Below the pieces are notes generated by a model that worked only from the letters and a program-made list of their open reading frames with translations, ran no database searches and was not told where the DNA came from. Made by a program: the position numbers and the translations under genes. Shown here piece after piece: positions 45,915 to 55,271 of a DNA stretch of 64,000 nucleotides; the stretch's first letter is position 1, and each line of letters begins with the position of its first letter. This DNA comes from an uncultured Spirochaetota bacterium. GTDB taxonomy: Bacteria > Spirochaetota > Spirochaetia > SZUA-6 > Fen-1364. The stretch is from the NCBI GenBank assembly GCA_963753085.1, contig CAVWBF010000020.1, positions 66,999 through 130,998 on the forward strand, in the 5' to 3' direction.

Positions 45915-46997
45915 TCAGCCCTTTCTTCCGTTTGCGTGATCCCGCGCGGCCTCCGCGAACGCAAGGACGTTCTGCCACGGCGTCTCCGGCTGGATGCGGT
46001 TTGACGGGCAGACGATGGCACGCCGGTCGGAAGCCAGCGCATCCATGACTCGCGCGGTTTCCCGCCGGACCTCCTGCGGAGTGGAGCGGGAAAGCGTGCC
46101 CTGGGCGCCGAGGGTGGCGCACAGGGTGATCCTGTCCCCCCACGCGCGCTTGAGGCCCGCTGCGTCCATGCACTCCGGCTGCACGGGATGAAGTATGTGG
46201 AAGCCGAGCTCGACGACATCCGGCACTATTTCCGCAATGTTCCCGCAGCTGTGGAGGAAAAAGACGGCGGAGGGACGGCGGAGTCGCACCGAGTCGAGGA
46301 TTCGCTTCCAGGCGGGCTTGATGAAGGCTCTCCAGACCTGCGGTGATATCTGCAGGCCGGACTGGCTACCCGCGTCGTCGTAGAAGGCAAGGACGTCCAC
46401 ACCGGCAGCCGCCGTTGCCATGGCAAGCTTCAGGGTAAAATCAGAGACCTTGCGGACGATGGCACGGGCAACCTCCTCCTCCGCCAGGAGGTCCATCATG
46501 AACTGCTCCATCCCGCGAAGCCACCATGACCATTCGTAGACGCTCCCCGTGTAGCCGACGACCGGGTACCCGCGGGAGTGAAAGAGGCGGACCTTTTCCG
46601 CCGAATCGCCAGCCTCGATAACCGGCTCGGGCCATGCGCGGATGTCTTCCACGCTTTTCGATCCGGCCAGGGGAGCAAACATCTGCTCGTACGTGTCCTC
46701 GGCTCCTCCCGCCCAGTGACCGATGCCCCATTCGTCGAAGACGGTATCCGCCGGCGCCTGCGGATTCCCGCGTCGCGGATCCGTGCCGCCGAATCTCCGG
46801 GCCAGCGACACGATTCGCAGGTCGTAGTCAAAGTATTCTGCCGGGTCCCGGGAGCCGGTTGCCGCTTCGAACTGCCTCTGGATGGACGACGTGAACCCTT
46901 CCGAGGCGCCGACGTCGAGAGTGAAGGGGACCCATTGCGGCGTCTCCCCTCTGACGAGCGCCAGGAAGTTCTCACGAGGGGTCATGCGGGAGCTCAC
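45915..46997 (-). CDS. Uroporphyrinogen-decarboxylase (URO-D) family protein, MtaA/CmuA-like methyltransferase type
   Basis: GTG 46997 lies 7 nt after AGGAGG (ATG 46985 is an alternative). TIM-barrel pattern (FYDDAGSQSGLQISPQVWRAFIKPAWKRILD..FFLHSCGN). Confidence 0.7.
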   Translation of the reverse strand: MSSRMTPRENFLALVRGETPQWVPFTLDVGASEGFTSSIQRQFEAATGSRDPAEYFDYDLRIVSLARRFGGTDPRRGNPQAPADTVFDEWGIGHWAGGAEDTYEQMFAPLAGSKSVEDIRAWPEPVIEAGDSAEKVRLFHSRGYPVVGYTGSVYEWSWWLRGMEQFMMDLLAEEEVARAIVRKVSDFTLKLAMATAAAGVDVLAFYDDAGSQSGLQISPQVWRAFIKPAWKRILDSVRLRRPSAVFFLHSCGNIAEIVPDVVELGFHILHPVQPECMDAAGLKRAWGDRITLCATLGAQGTLSRSTPQEVRRETARVMDALASDRRAIVCPSNRIQPETPWQNVLAFAEAARDHANGRKG

Positions 46998-47044
46998 GGG
47001 CAAACCTCCTGACCGATGGCGTTGGATCGCATGGGCGTCCTGCT

Positions 47045-48271
47045 TCAGGCCGCCGGATGGACACGTCGTCCCCTGACGAACGTGAGCTTCACGCTGCACT
47101 CATCGTCCATGATGGCGATGTCGGCAAGCTTCCCGACCTTGATGCTGCCCGTTTCATGCTCGATACCCAGCGTTGCTGCCGGGTTCAGGCTCACCCAGCG
47201 GACTGCTTCTTCCATCGGCAGGCCAGTGTACTCCTTCAGCCTGCGAAGGCCAACGTTCAGCGTGACGGCGCTCCCGGTGAGGTTCCCGTTGATCTTCGGG
47301 TCGTCATCGATCATGCGAAGCACGCCCTTTTCAACGTAGACCCTGTGCCCGTCCTTGTACGTCAGGACGGAGCCTTCGGGCATGCCCGTGCCCACCAGGG
47401 AATCGGTGACGATCACCTTCTTCCCCCGGGGCTTTACCTTGTCGATGAACCTGAAGAATGGCTTCGGCACGTGCACCGGACAGCCGATAAGCTCGATGCT
47501 CACATCGTCGTCGTGGAGCACGGCGGTCTCCATGCCCGGCATCATGACAAGCGCTTCCTCGGGATTCTCCTTGTAGCTCATGGTGGCGTCGTACATGTGC
47601 GTCACGTGCCGGGCGCCGGCAAGGATGGCCGCGCGCGCCTCCTCGTAGCTGGCCTCCGTGTGGCCCAGCACGGGCACGATCCCCCGCCACGCCAGCTGCT
47701 CCGTGAGCCAGACGGAGCCGGGCAGCTCAGGGGCATAGGTGACAGTCCTGATGACGTCTCCGACTTCGCCGAGGATGCGCTGGACGTCCGCTTTCTCGGG
47801 CGCGCGGAGGTAGCGCAGGTCGTGGCCCCCGCGGCAGCGCGGCGCCAGCCACGGGCCTTCCATGTGCGCGCCGTGGAGCATGGCTCCGTACCAGCGGTTT
47901 TCCATGACCGCGCGCATCCGGGCAATCTGGGAAATGATCACGTCGTAGGGGTTTGCGAGAGTCGAAGCGACGACACGGGTGACCCCGTAGGCGGCGTACT
48001 GCGCCAGCCCACGCACCATGGTGGGAACGTCGCTGTCCATGAACGATACGTCCATGATCCCGTGGGTGTGCATGTCGATGAGGCCGGGGCACACGAGGAG
48101 ACCCTGCGCATCGACTCTTTCCTCGGCCGTAACGGCGCTCCAGTCGGCGCCGATGGATGCGATCCTTCCATCACGCACCAGAACGTAGCCGGTGGGAAGC
48201 ATGGCGGTTTCCGAAAGGATCCTTCCGTTGAAGATGAGAAGCGTTCCGCGCGCTCCTTTGCTCTCAGGCAT
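47045..48271 (-). CDS. nagA: N-acetylglucosamine-6-phosphate deacetylase-like amidohydrolase
   Basis: 408 aa. PGLIDMHTHG metal-binding motif, GHTEASYEE and HVTHMYDATM, in NagA-like order. Confidence 0.7.
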   Translation of the reverse strand: MPESKGARGTLLIFNGRILSETAMLPTGYVLVRDGRIASIGADWSAVTAEERVDAQGLLVCPGLIDMHTHGIMDVSFMDSDVPTMVRGLAQYAAYGVTRVVASTLANPYDVIISQIARMRAVMENRWYGAMLHGAHMEGPWLAPRCRGGHDLRYLRAPEKADVQRILGEVGDVIRTVTYAPELPGSVWLTEQLAWRGIVPVLGHTEASYEEARAAILAGARHVTHMYDATMSYKENPEEALVMMPGMETAVLHDDDVSIELIGCPVHVPKPFFRFIDKVKPRGKKVIVTDSLVGTGMPEGSVLTYKDGHRVYVEKGVLRMIDDDPKINGNLTGSAVTLNVGLRRLKEYTGLPMEEAVRWVSLNPAATLGIEHETGSIKVGKLADIAIMDDECSVKLTFVRGRRVHPAA

Positions 48272-48282
48272 TCAGGCGCCTC

Positions 48283-49245
48283 TCAGTTGACTTCCGGCTC
48301 CAGCGGTCCCGCCAGGGGCTTGACGAAGAAAAGCTTGCCCGGCAACTGGGGCATGACGGATGAGGGGATCCACATTGTGGGGCCGTACTTGATGGTGACC
48401 CAGAGGGTCATTCCCTGGTAGATCATGTTTCGAACGGGCAGGAACCCGTCCACGCCTCCGATGGTGTAGTCAGCCTTCAGGAAGATGCCCGGGCCGATGG
48501 TGTTGGCGCGGGCGGGAACGAGTGTGATCCTGCTCTTGAAGCTGGTGATGGAGTTCTGGACGATCGTGAGGGGATGGAGCTTCGCGGCCACGCGGTGAGT
48601 AGCGGCGGACCATTCCTCCATGCTCTGGTAGTCTTCCGCGAAATGCGGCTCCCAGAAGGCCACGTGGAAGCACCAGCCTATTCCGTAGATCAGCACGAAC
48701 CTGGCTCCTTTGGCCCTCAGCTCTCCGATCCTCTGGGCGTATGTGGGAAGCTCGTCCTTCGTGGCGAAATGCCGCTGCTTCTGCGGCGCGGTGAGATTCC
48801 CCAGGGGACCGTAGAAGGTGCTCTCCATTGCGTTTCGAAACGCCCCGGGGTTCGATGCGGGAAGCGTGTTTCCGTCCTCGTCGCACCACTCGTCCATGTT
48901 GAACCCGTGAAGATGCCTGCAATCCACGTTCCACTGCTTGAGAAACTCCACGGCCCAGCGATACATGCCCATGGGCCCGACGGAGAAGATGAGCACCAGC
49001 TCGCGGCCTTCCTCTTTTGCAAGCCTGATCTGCTGCGCGATCTCGTGCCCCATGAGAGTGTTGAAATCCTCCAGGGTGTCGCCCGAGACCGGCGTGAAGT
49101 CCTTGTGCCACCACTTCTCCCGCGTGTAAACCTCCTCGGGCTTCCTGCTGCAGCACCAGTCGATGCGCGCGAGGTCCCATGCAGACGGGAAGAAGCCTTC
49201 GAAGCGGGAGCCTTTGACTGTGTTCAGAAGATCGATGCGTTCCAT
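48283..49245 (-). CDS. Glucosamine-6-phosphate deaminase/isomerase-like protein
   Basis: 320 aa. [21 protein letters not shown] corresponds to the NagB GxxTGxTP...FNMDEY region; longer than classical NagB. Confidence 0.55.
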   Translation of the reverse strand: MERIDLLNTVKGSRFEGFFPSAWDLARIDWCCSRKPEEVYTREKWWHKDFTPVSGDTLEDFNTLMGHEIAQQIRLAKEEGRELVLIFSVGPMGMYRWAVEFLKQWNVDCRHLHGFNMDEWCDEDGNTLPASNPGAFRNAMESTFYGPLGNLTAPQKQRHFATKDELPTYAQRIGELRAKGARFVLIYGIGWCFHVAFWEPHFAEDYQSMEEWSAATHRVAAKLHPLTIVQNSITSFKSRITLVPARANTIGPGIFLKADYTIGGVDGFLPVRNMIYQGMTLWVTIKYGPTMWIPSSVMPQLPGKLFFVKPLAGPLEPEVN

Positions 49246-49258
49246 GGAAAAGCTCCTT

Positions 49259-50266
49259 CTATGTTCTCTGCTGTCCGGAAAGCTCGCTCACCGTGACGGC
49301 CGCGACAATGATGAGGCCGATCACGACGTCCCGTACGTATGGATTGACGTTCATGATGATGAGCGCGTTGCTGATGAGCCCGATGAGAAGCACGCCCAGG
49401 AAGACGCTGAGCGCGCTTCCCCTGCCTCCCGAAAGTGCCACGCCGCCCACGATAACGGCCGCCAGGGAGTCCAGGGCAAAAGAGTCCCCGGTTGTGGACA
49501 GGGCCGAACCGACCCGGGAGATCAGGATCAGCGCCGCCAGTGCGTTGCACGCGCCCACCACCAGGTACGCTATGAGAGTGACGCGGGTGGTGTTGATTCC
49601 CGAGACAAAAGCGGCCTTCTTGTTGCCGCCGATGGCGTAGAGGAACCTGCCGTAGCGGAAGTAGCGAAGCACAACGAAAGTGATGCCCACCATGCCCAGG
49701 AAGAAAAGGATGGATATGGGTACGATGTCGAGCACGCGTCCGCGGCCCAGGAGCTCGAACCTTCCGAACAGCATGTAGGAGGCCCCGCCGCTCAGGAGGA
49801 GAGCCGCCCCGTGGTAAGCCGTGCTGAAGCCGAGGGTGATGATGAAGGAGGCAGCGCGCGAATAGATGACGGTGAGGCCGTTGATCAGCCCCATGGCCAG
49901 CCCGACTGCAAAGGTGACGACAATGGCCATGGGGAACGCCAGCGCGGACTGCCACCCCGGTACGCCGCCGTCCGGCAGCCCCATCATCTTCTGGATGATC
50001 ATGGCGAGCATCACGCCCAGGAAGGAGATCTGGGTCCCGACGGAAATGTCTATCTGGCCGGCAACCAGGAGCATGCCGATGCCGCACGCCACGATTCCCA
50101 GGATGGAGATCTGCTGGAAGATGTTGATGAGGTTCTGCACGCGGAGGAACCGCGGGTTGACGATGGCCGTCACCACGCAGATGGCGAGAATCAGAGCGAC
50201 GAGGACGATGGACTGGTTCAGGGGCCTCGCCCGGCGGCTTTCCACTGCCACGGTCTTTGTTTCCAT
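49259..50266 (-). CDS. Sugar ABC transporter permease (RbsC/AraH-type, CUT2)
   Basis: 335 aa, about 10 TM helices. [34 protein letters not shown] is typical of the family. Confidence 0.85.
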   Translation of the reverse strand: METKTVAVESRRARPLNQSIVLVALILAICVVTAIVNPRFLRVQNLINIFQQISILGIVACGIGMLLVAGQIDISVGTQISFLGVMLAMIIQKMMGLPDGGVPGWQSALAFPMAIVVTFAVGLAMGLINGLTVIYSRAASFIITLGFSTAYHGAALLLSGGASYMLFGRFELLGRGRVLDIVPISILFFLGMVGITFVVLRYFRYGRFLYAIGGNKKAAFVSGINTTRVTLIAYLVVGACNALAALILISRVGSALSTTGDSFALDSLAAVIVGGVALSGGRGSALSVFLGVLLIGLISNALIIMNVNPYVRDVVIGLIIVAAVTVSELSGQQRT

Positions 50267-50273
50267 TTCCTGC

Positions 50274-51791
50274 TTATTCCTTTTCGTCGACGCCCATCGA
50301 ATAGCGGAGAATGTTCTCCTCCGTGATCTCGGCGCCCTCGAGCAGGCTCACGAGCCTGCCGTTTCGCATCACGGCCACCCGGTCGCACACGGAGATGAGC
50401 TCAGGGTTGTCGGAGGAGATCATGATGATGGTCTTGTTCTGGGCCGCGAGCATCTCCATCATGTGGTAGATCTCCGCCTTTGCCCCGACATCCACGCCGA
50501 CGGTCGGCTCGTCGAAGATCAGCACCTCGGCGCCGGCGTACAGCCACTTGGCAAGGACCACTTTCTGCTGGTTGCCGCCGCTCAGGTTGACCACGAGCTG
50601 GGTGATGGACGGCGTCTTGATGTCCAGCTGCCGGGAGAGGTCACCCGTGTCCCCTCTTTCCCGGGCAAGGTTCATGAGGAAGGACTTTCCCTTGGCGAAA
50701 CGCACGAGGCTCACGTTCTCGAAGATGGGCCGCCCCAGGATGAGGCCGTCTCCCTTGCGGTCCTCCGTGAGGTAGCCGATGCCCTTGCGGATTGCATCAT
50801 CAGGGCTGCGGGGAGTGACATCCCTCCCGTCGTACATGAGCTTGCCGGAGTCGCGGGGATCCAGGCCGAAGATCATGCGCGCCAGCTCCGTGCGCCCGGC
50901 GCCCACCAGCCCTCCGATTCCGAAGATCTCACCGCTTCGCACGTTGAAGGACACGTGATCCACCACTCCCGCGCGGGAGTAGTCGATGACCCGGAGCTCT
51001 CGGCCCGCAGAGGCACGTGCCGCGGGACCCGCGGCGCGGGTCCTCGTGTACAGGGAGGTTCCCGCGCGCCCGATCATCTGGCGGATGACGTCGTTCATCT
51101 CGCTTTCCTTCACGGGCCTCGTTGAGACTTTCTTCCCGTCCTTGAAGACGGTCACGCGGTCGCAGACCTCGAAGATCTCTCCGAGGTTGTGGGAGATATA
51201 GATCACGCTGAGGCCTTTTGCCGTGTTCTTTCGGATGATGTCGAAAAGGATGTTCTTGCCCGCCTCATCCAGGGACGCGGTGGGCTCGTCGAGAATGAGG
51301 ATCCGGGCCTGGCGGGAAAAAGCCTTGGCGATGCTCACGAGCTTGCGCTCGATGAAGGTCAGGCTTGCGAGCTTCCTCCGGGGTGAAACGTTTATCCCAA
51401 GGCCTTCCAGCAACTGATCCGACCTGCGAAAGCAGTCGGCGTAATCCAGCAGGCCCGCGGCGCTTCGGGGAAGGTTGTAGAGATAGATGTTTTCAGCCAC
51501 CGACATCTCGTCGACCAGGAGATTCTCCTGGTGCACGGTCTGGATACCGAGCTGGATGGATGTCCAGGGATCCAGGAAGGAGAAGGAGCGGCCATCCAGC
51601 TCTATGCTGCCGGAATCGGGTCGCAGGGAGCCTGCCACGATCTCCACAAATGTGGACTTGCCCGCCCCGTTCTGGCCGACGAGTGCCTGGACCTCGCCTT
51701 TGCGCAGATCGAAATCCACCGTATCCAGCGCAACCACCCCTGGATACGTCTTGGTGACCTCATGGGCCTCGAGGATGTTCGTATCTGTCAC
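50274..51791 (-). CDS. Sugar ABC transporter ATP-binding protein (duplicated ABC domains)
   Basis: GTG 51791 lies 7 nt after GGAGG. Walker A motifs GQNGAGKST and GLVGAGRTE; signature LSGGNQQK. The track start at 51890 would place two strong hairpins inside the coding sequence. Confidence 0.88.
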   Translation of the reverse strand: MTDTNILEAHEVTKTYPGVVALDTVDFDLRKGEVQALVGQNGAGKSTFVEIVAGSLRPDSGSIELDGRSFSFLDPWTSIQLGIQTVHQENLLVDEMSVAENIYLYNLPRSAAGLLDYADCFRRSDQLLEGLGINVSPRRKLASLTFIERKLVSIAKAFSRQARILILDEPTASLDEAGKNILFDIIRKNTAKGLSVIYISHNLGEIFEVCDRVTVFKDGKKVSTRPVKESEMNDVIRQMIGRAGTSLYTRTRAAGPAARASAGRELRVIDYSRAGVVDHVSFNVRSGEIFGIGGLVGAGRTELARMIFGLDPRDSGKLMYDGRDVTPRSPDDAIRKGIGYLTEDRKGDGLILGRPIFENVSLVRFAKGKSFLMNLARERGDTGDLSRQLDIKTPSITQLVVNLSGGNQQKVVLAKWLYAGAEVLIFDEPTVGVDVGAKAEIYHMMEMLAAQNKTIIMISSDNPELISVCDRVAVMRNGRLVSLLEGAEITEENILRYSMGVDEKE

Positions 51792-51829
51792 CCGATCCCC
51801 TCCAACGGACGCATGCGAGAATGCCTTCT

Positions 51830-51867
51830 GAAAAGGAGGGGTCCCGGAGAATCCTTGCCGGGACCCC
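51830..51867 (-). terminator. Intra-operon intrinsic terminator/attenuator-like hairpin after the binding-protein gene
   Basis: Minus-strand RNA reads GGGGUCCCGG-CAAGGAUUCU-CCGGGACCCC followed by UCCUUUUC. Stem arms are at 51838-51847 and 51858-51867. Confidence 0.5.
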
Positions 51868-51872
51868 CAAAC

Positions 51873-51894
51873 CGCGGTGCCGTTGGGCACCGCG
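51873..51894 (-). other. Second 9-bp GC hairpin immediately downstream of the binding-protein gene stop
   Basis: CGCGGTGCC (51873-51881) pairs with GGCACCGCG (51886-51894), with a 4-nt loop. Confidence 0.5.
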
Positions 51895-51912
51895 AGAGAG
51901 CTGACGGGGTTT

Positions 51913-52920
51913 CTACTTCAGAAGATCGGGGTTGTACTTGCCGGTCTTCACGAAATCGTACACCAGCGGGAGCCAGCTTTCGTCAACGCTCCAGGAGATG
52001 TACTTCGAGCGCCAGTCTTTCTTGCTCACCCACACAACGGGGGTGTACGTGTGGGTCTGGTACGGCTTCTTGTCGAGGTACGCCATCAGGTTGGCGGCGT
52101 TGATCATGCCGTGCAGACCAGGCGACTGGCTCAGAGCGAAATCGAGGTTGCCGTTGAGGAAGTTATTGATGTCCATGGGCCCGCCGTTGACGGTGACCAC
52201 CGTGACGGCGCTGCGGGGCACGTTCTCTTCCTTGAGGGCCTGGATGATGCCGTCCGTGATCTCCTGGCATCCGCCAATGGCCACGTTGAACTTGAGGCCG
52301 CTCTCCACGAGGGTCTTGGTGATGGCCAGGGAAGGCGCCGTGGCGTACTGGCCGTCCTGCGGGGCGGTAGCCAGCTTGATGCCGTTCAGCTTCGCGATCT
52401 CATCCTTGAAGCCCTGGTCCCCCTCCATGACAGGCGGGGTGCCGGCGAATCCCTGGATCCAGATGACGTTCAGGTTGCCCTTGACGTCCTTGCGGATGCC
52501 GTCGGCGACGATCTTGTAGACGTCCGCCCAGTTGAAGTCGATGTTGGCAATCGGCTTGCCCTTGCCCGAAGCCACGCCGCTCTCCGTGATCTGAATCGGG
52601 ATCCCGGCCTCGTTGGCGAGCTGGCAGGAGTACTGGGCGCTTTCGGGAGTCACCGCCGTCAGGTTGATGGCGTCCACACCCTGAGCGATCAGGTTCTGCA
52701 CCGCAGTGGTCTCCTGGTCAGCCTTGTAGTTATGATAGGCGAACACGAGCTTGTCGCCCTGGGCGTCAGCCACGATCTGGTAGCCCCGGTGATACGCCGC
52801 GAACCAGCCGATCTCGTACGGGATGACCACACCGATGGTGTGACCTTTTGCGAACACCGGCGCGGCGATCATGGGCAGAAGCATAAGGATCGCCAGGCCG
52901 AGGAGAATTTTCTTCTTCAT
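51913..52920 (-). CDS. Sugar ABC transporter periplasmic substrate-binding protein (RbsB-like, PBP type 1)
   Basis: ATG 52920 lies 8 nt after GGGAGG. Signal peptide MKKKILLGLAILMLLPMIAAPVFA, then a two-lobe PBP pattern. Confidence 0.85.
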   Translation of the reverse strand: MKKKILLGLAILMLLPMIAAPVFAKGHTIGVVIPYEIGWFAAYHRGYQIVADAQGDKLVFAYHNYKADQETTAVQNLIAQGVDAINLTAVTPESAQYSCQLANEAGIPIQITESGVASGKGKPIANIDFNWADVYKIVADGIRKDVKGNLNVIWIQGFAGTPPVMEGDQGFKDEIAKLNGIKLATAPQDGQYATAPSLAITKTLVESGLKFNVAIGGCQEITDGIIQALKEENVPRSAVTVVTVNGGPMDINNFLNGNLDFALSQSPGLHGMINAANLMAYLDKKPYQTHTYTPVVWVSKKDWRSKYISWSVDESWLPLVYDFVKTGKYNPDLLK

Positions 52921-52990
52921 GAGTAAAACCTCCCTTTGCGTTGTGAGCCTGTCCGAAAGGACGAGCTGTATTCCGCCACGCGGACAAGGC

Positions 52991-53020
52991 ATTTTACAGT
53001 ACGCAATGATATTCTGTCAA
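52991..53020 (-). promoter_or_regulatory. Putative promoter of the ABC transporter / amino-sugar operon
   Basis: Minus strand reads a perfect TTGACA (53020-53015), 18-nt spacer, TAAAAT (52996-52991). Confidence 0.55.
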
Positions 53021-53040
53021 TTAAAACCATGAATGTGATG

Positions 53041-53065
53041 GAATGATCATTTTTCTTGATCATTC
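53041..53065. promoter_or_regulatory. Palindromic operator candidate (9-bp arms, 7-nt spacer)
   Basis: GAATGATCA (53041-53049) and TGATCATTC (53057-53065) are perfect inverted repeats. The right arm overlaps the -35 of the + strand promoter. A DeoR-family regulator is encoded at 57567. Confidence 0.5.
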
Positions 53066-53084
53066 GGCCAGGACCGTTTATAAT
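53056..53084 (+). promoter_or_regulatory. Putative promoter of the oxidoreductase operon
   Basis: TTGATC (53056-53061), 17-nt spacer, perfect TATAAT (53079-53084). It lies about 40 nt upstream of ATG 53125. Confidence 0.55.
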
Positions 53085-53124
53085 TCGGATTCGATCAAGC
53101 CCACGCCGAGGAGGACATCACGAT

Positions 53125-55269
53125 ATGGCTGCGTTTACACACATGTTCGAGCCGATCAGGATCGGCCGAGTCGAGATTCCAAACCGCATCTGCCATGTCC
53201 CCACCGACATAAGCTCGTCTCATGTCGACGGCTCCGTCAGCAGCAGGGACATTGCCCACCATGAGTCGATTGCCAGGGGCGGAACCGGGTTCATTGTCGT
53301 GGGAGCCACCTCTCCCAATCACCTGACAAACCGCTCCACGGTGACCAACCTTGTGGCGGACGATGACACGTACATCCCCGGCCTTGCGCGGCTTGCCGCG
53401 GCCATGCACCGCTACGGCGCAAAGTGCGCAGCCCAGCTCCAGCACGCCGGCCGCCAGGCGTCCCTTCCGCGCGACGGCAAGCAGGCCTCCAACGACGTTG
53501 CCGTGAGCCTTCCGTGGTCGCAGAGCCATGCCATCGTCTACGCCAACGCGGATGAGAAGGTGAAGACCGTCCACGTCCTGACAACCGACGAGGTGATCGG
53601 GATCGTGGAGGAGTTCTCCGAGGCCGCATGGCGCGTGATGCAGGCGGGTTTCGACGCCGTGGAGCTGCACGCGGCGCACGGGTACCTGATCTCGCAATTC
53701 ATGAGCCCCTACCTCAATCACAGGATCGATCGCTTTGGCGGGAGCTTCGAGAACCGCCTGCGCTTCCCGCTGGCAATCGTTGCATCCATCCAGAAGAAAT
53801 GCGGAATGGATTTCCCCGTCATCGTCCGCTACTCCTCGGACGAATGGGTGCCCGGTGGGCGCGAGCTTCCCGAGTCGGTGGAGGTTGCAAAGGCCTTCGA
53901 GACGGCCGGGGTTGCCGCCGTTGACATCAGCCAGTGCGTGCAGGAGAGCCCGGGCGCAGGGTTCGATCCCATGCAGTATCCCGAGGGGTGGACGGTATTC
54001 GCGTCCGAGGCAATCAAGAAGGCAGTGAAGATACCCGTCATCATCAGCCATTCCCTGAGGAACCCCGAGTACTGCGAGAAGATCCTGGCCGAAGGGAAGA
54101 CCGACATGGTGGGTCTCTCCCGCCAGCTCCTTGCGGACCCGTACTGGCCCCTCAAGGCAAAGAACGGGAAGGTGAGGGCCATCCGGCGCTGCATCTCCTG
54201 CCTCACCGGGTGCTGGCAGGAATCGATGATGGCCAAGAAGGAGATTGCCTGCGCCATCAATCCTGCCTGCGGCAACGACGCGTTCGCGCGGATGCAGAAA
54301 ACGGAGAAGCCTCTGAAGGTGGCGGTGGTCGGCGGCGGCCCTGCGGGCATGGAGGCCGCGCGCGTTGCCTCGGAGCGCGGCCACACGGTCACGCTCTTCG
54401 AGAAGACGGCGGAGCTCGGCGGGGCAATCCTCGGGTGTTGCATGGCCCCCGGCAAGGACGAGAAAATGAAGTGGTACGCGGACTGGGTGCGCTGGCAGAT
54501 CGAAGATCTGAAAGTGGACACACGCCTGTGCGCCTCTCCGACCATCCAGGACCTCAAAGGGTACGACGTGGTTGTCAACGCAACGGGTGCCGGCTCATAC
54601 GTGCCGGATGCGCACGGCCTGAGGGAAAAGGTGGTTCCCTTCGAGGAGGCAATTGCCTGTCCGCGGGTCACCTGCGAGTTCCATCCCAATCATTCCGCAA
54701 AGACACACCGGCAGGAGAGAAAGCCGCGGAAGCTGGAGGGCACGAAGGTCATCGTCTGGGGAGATCACTACGCCGCGGTGGACACCGCCACGTACCTGGC
54801 TTCTATCGGCAAGGAAGTCATCATCGTCACCGATCAGAAGGAGTTCGCTTCCCAGGTGGAGGTGATCCACATGTACGTGACCTGGAAGCGCTTCCGACAG
54901 GAGGAAGCGGAAGCGCTTTCCTCCAAGCCGTACAAGTATCCTGTCACAGTGCACCAGGGCTCCATGATCGACGAGATCCGGGAGAAGGAAGTGGTCCTGG
55001 TGGACCGGGATTTCCGCAGGACTGTTCTCTCGTATGATTCAATCGTCAGCTGCTGGACGCGTCCCAATGTCGGCCTGCTCCATGAGCTGGAGGCAGCCGG
55101 CGTTCCGGTCGTGAACGTGGGAGATTCGGTGAGCCCGCGCAATCTCCACGCCGCGGTACGGGAAGGGGCGACAGCGGGGCTGACACTGGAAGAGCAGGTG
55201 CTGTTCAACCCGAACGGCGCCCTGATCGACCAGCTCCCCATCGATGTGCGGGCGCAGCTGAGGAGGTAA
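53125..55269 (+). CDS. OYE-like FMN TIM barrel + [4Fe-4S] + FAD/NAD(P)-binding oxidoreductase (2,4-dienoyl-CoA reductase / enoate reductase / amine dehydrogenase family)
   Basis: 714 aa from ATG 53125 (GAGGAGGA 9 nt upstream). FEPIRIGRVEIPNRICHVP OYE start, Cys cluster RRCISCLTGC..ACAINPACG, then VAVVGGGPAGMEAA dinucleotide fold. Confidence 0.85.
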   Translation: MAAFTHMFEPIRIGRVEIPNRICHVPTDISSSHVDGSVSSRDIAHHESIARGGTGFIVVGATSPNHLTNRSTVTNLVADDDTYIPGLARLAAAMHRYGAKCAAQLQHAGRQASLPRDGKQASNDVAVSLPWSQSHAIVYANADEKVKTVHVLTTDEVIGIVEEFSEAAWRVMQAGFDAVELHAAHGYLISQFMSPYLNHRIDRFGGSFENRLRFPLAIVASIQKKCGMDFPVIVRYSSDEWVPGGRELPESVEVAKAFETAGVAAVDISQCVQESPGAGFDPMQYPEGWTVFASEAIKKAVKIPVIISHSLRNPEYCEKILAEGKTDMVGLSRQLLADPYWPLKAKNGKVRAIRRCISCLTGCWQESMMAKKEIACAINPACGNDAFARMQKTEKPLKVAVVGGGPAGMEAARVASERGHTVTLFEKTAELGGAILGCCMAPGKDEKMKWYADWVRWQIEDLKVDTRLCASPTIQDLKGYDVVVNATGAGSYVPDAHGLREKVVPFEEAIACPRVTCEFHPNHSAKTHRQERKPRKLEGTKVIVWGDHYAAVDTATYLASIGKEVIIVTDQKEFASQVEVIHMYVTWKRFRQEEAEALSSKPYKYPVTVHQGSMIDEIREKEVVLVDRDFRRTVLSYDSIVSCWTRPNVGLLHELEAAGVPVVNVGDSVSPRNLHAAVREGATAGLTLEEQVLFNPNGALIDQLPIDVRAQLRR

Positions 55270-55271
55270 GC

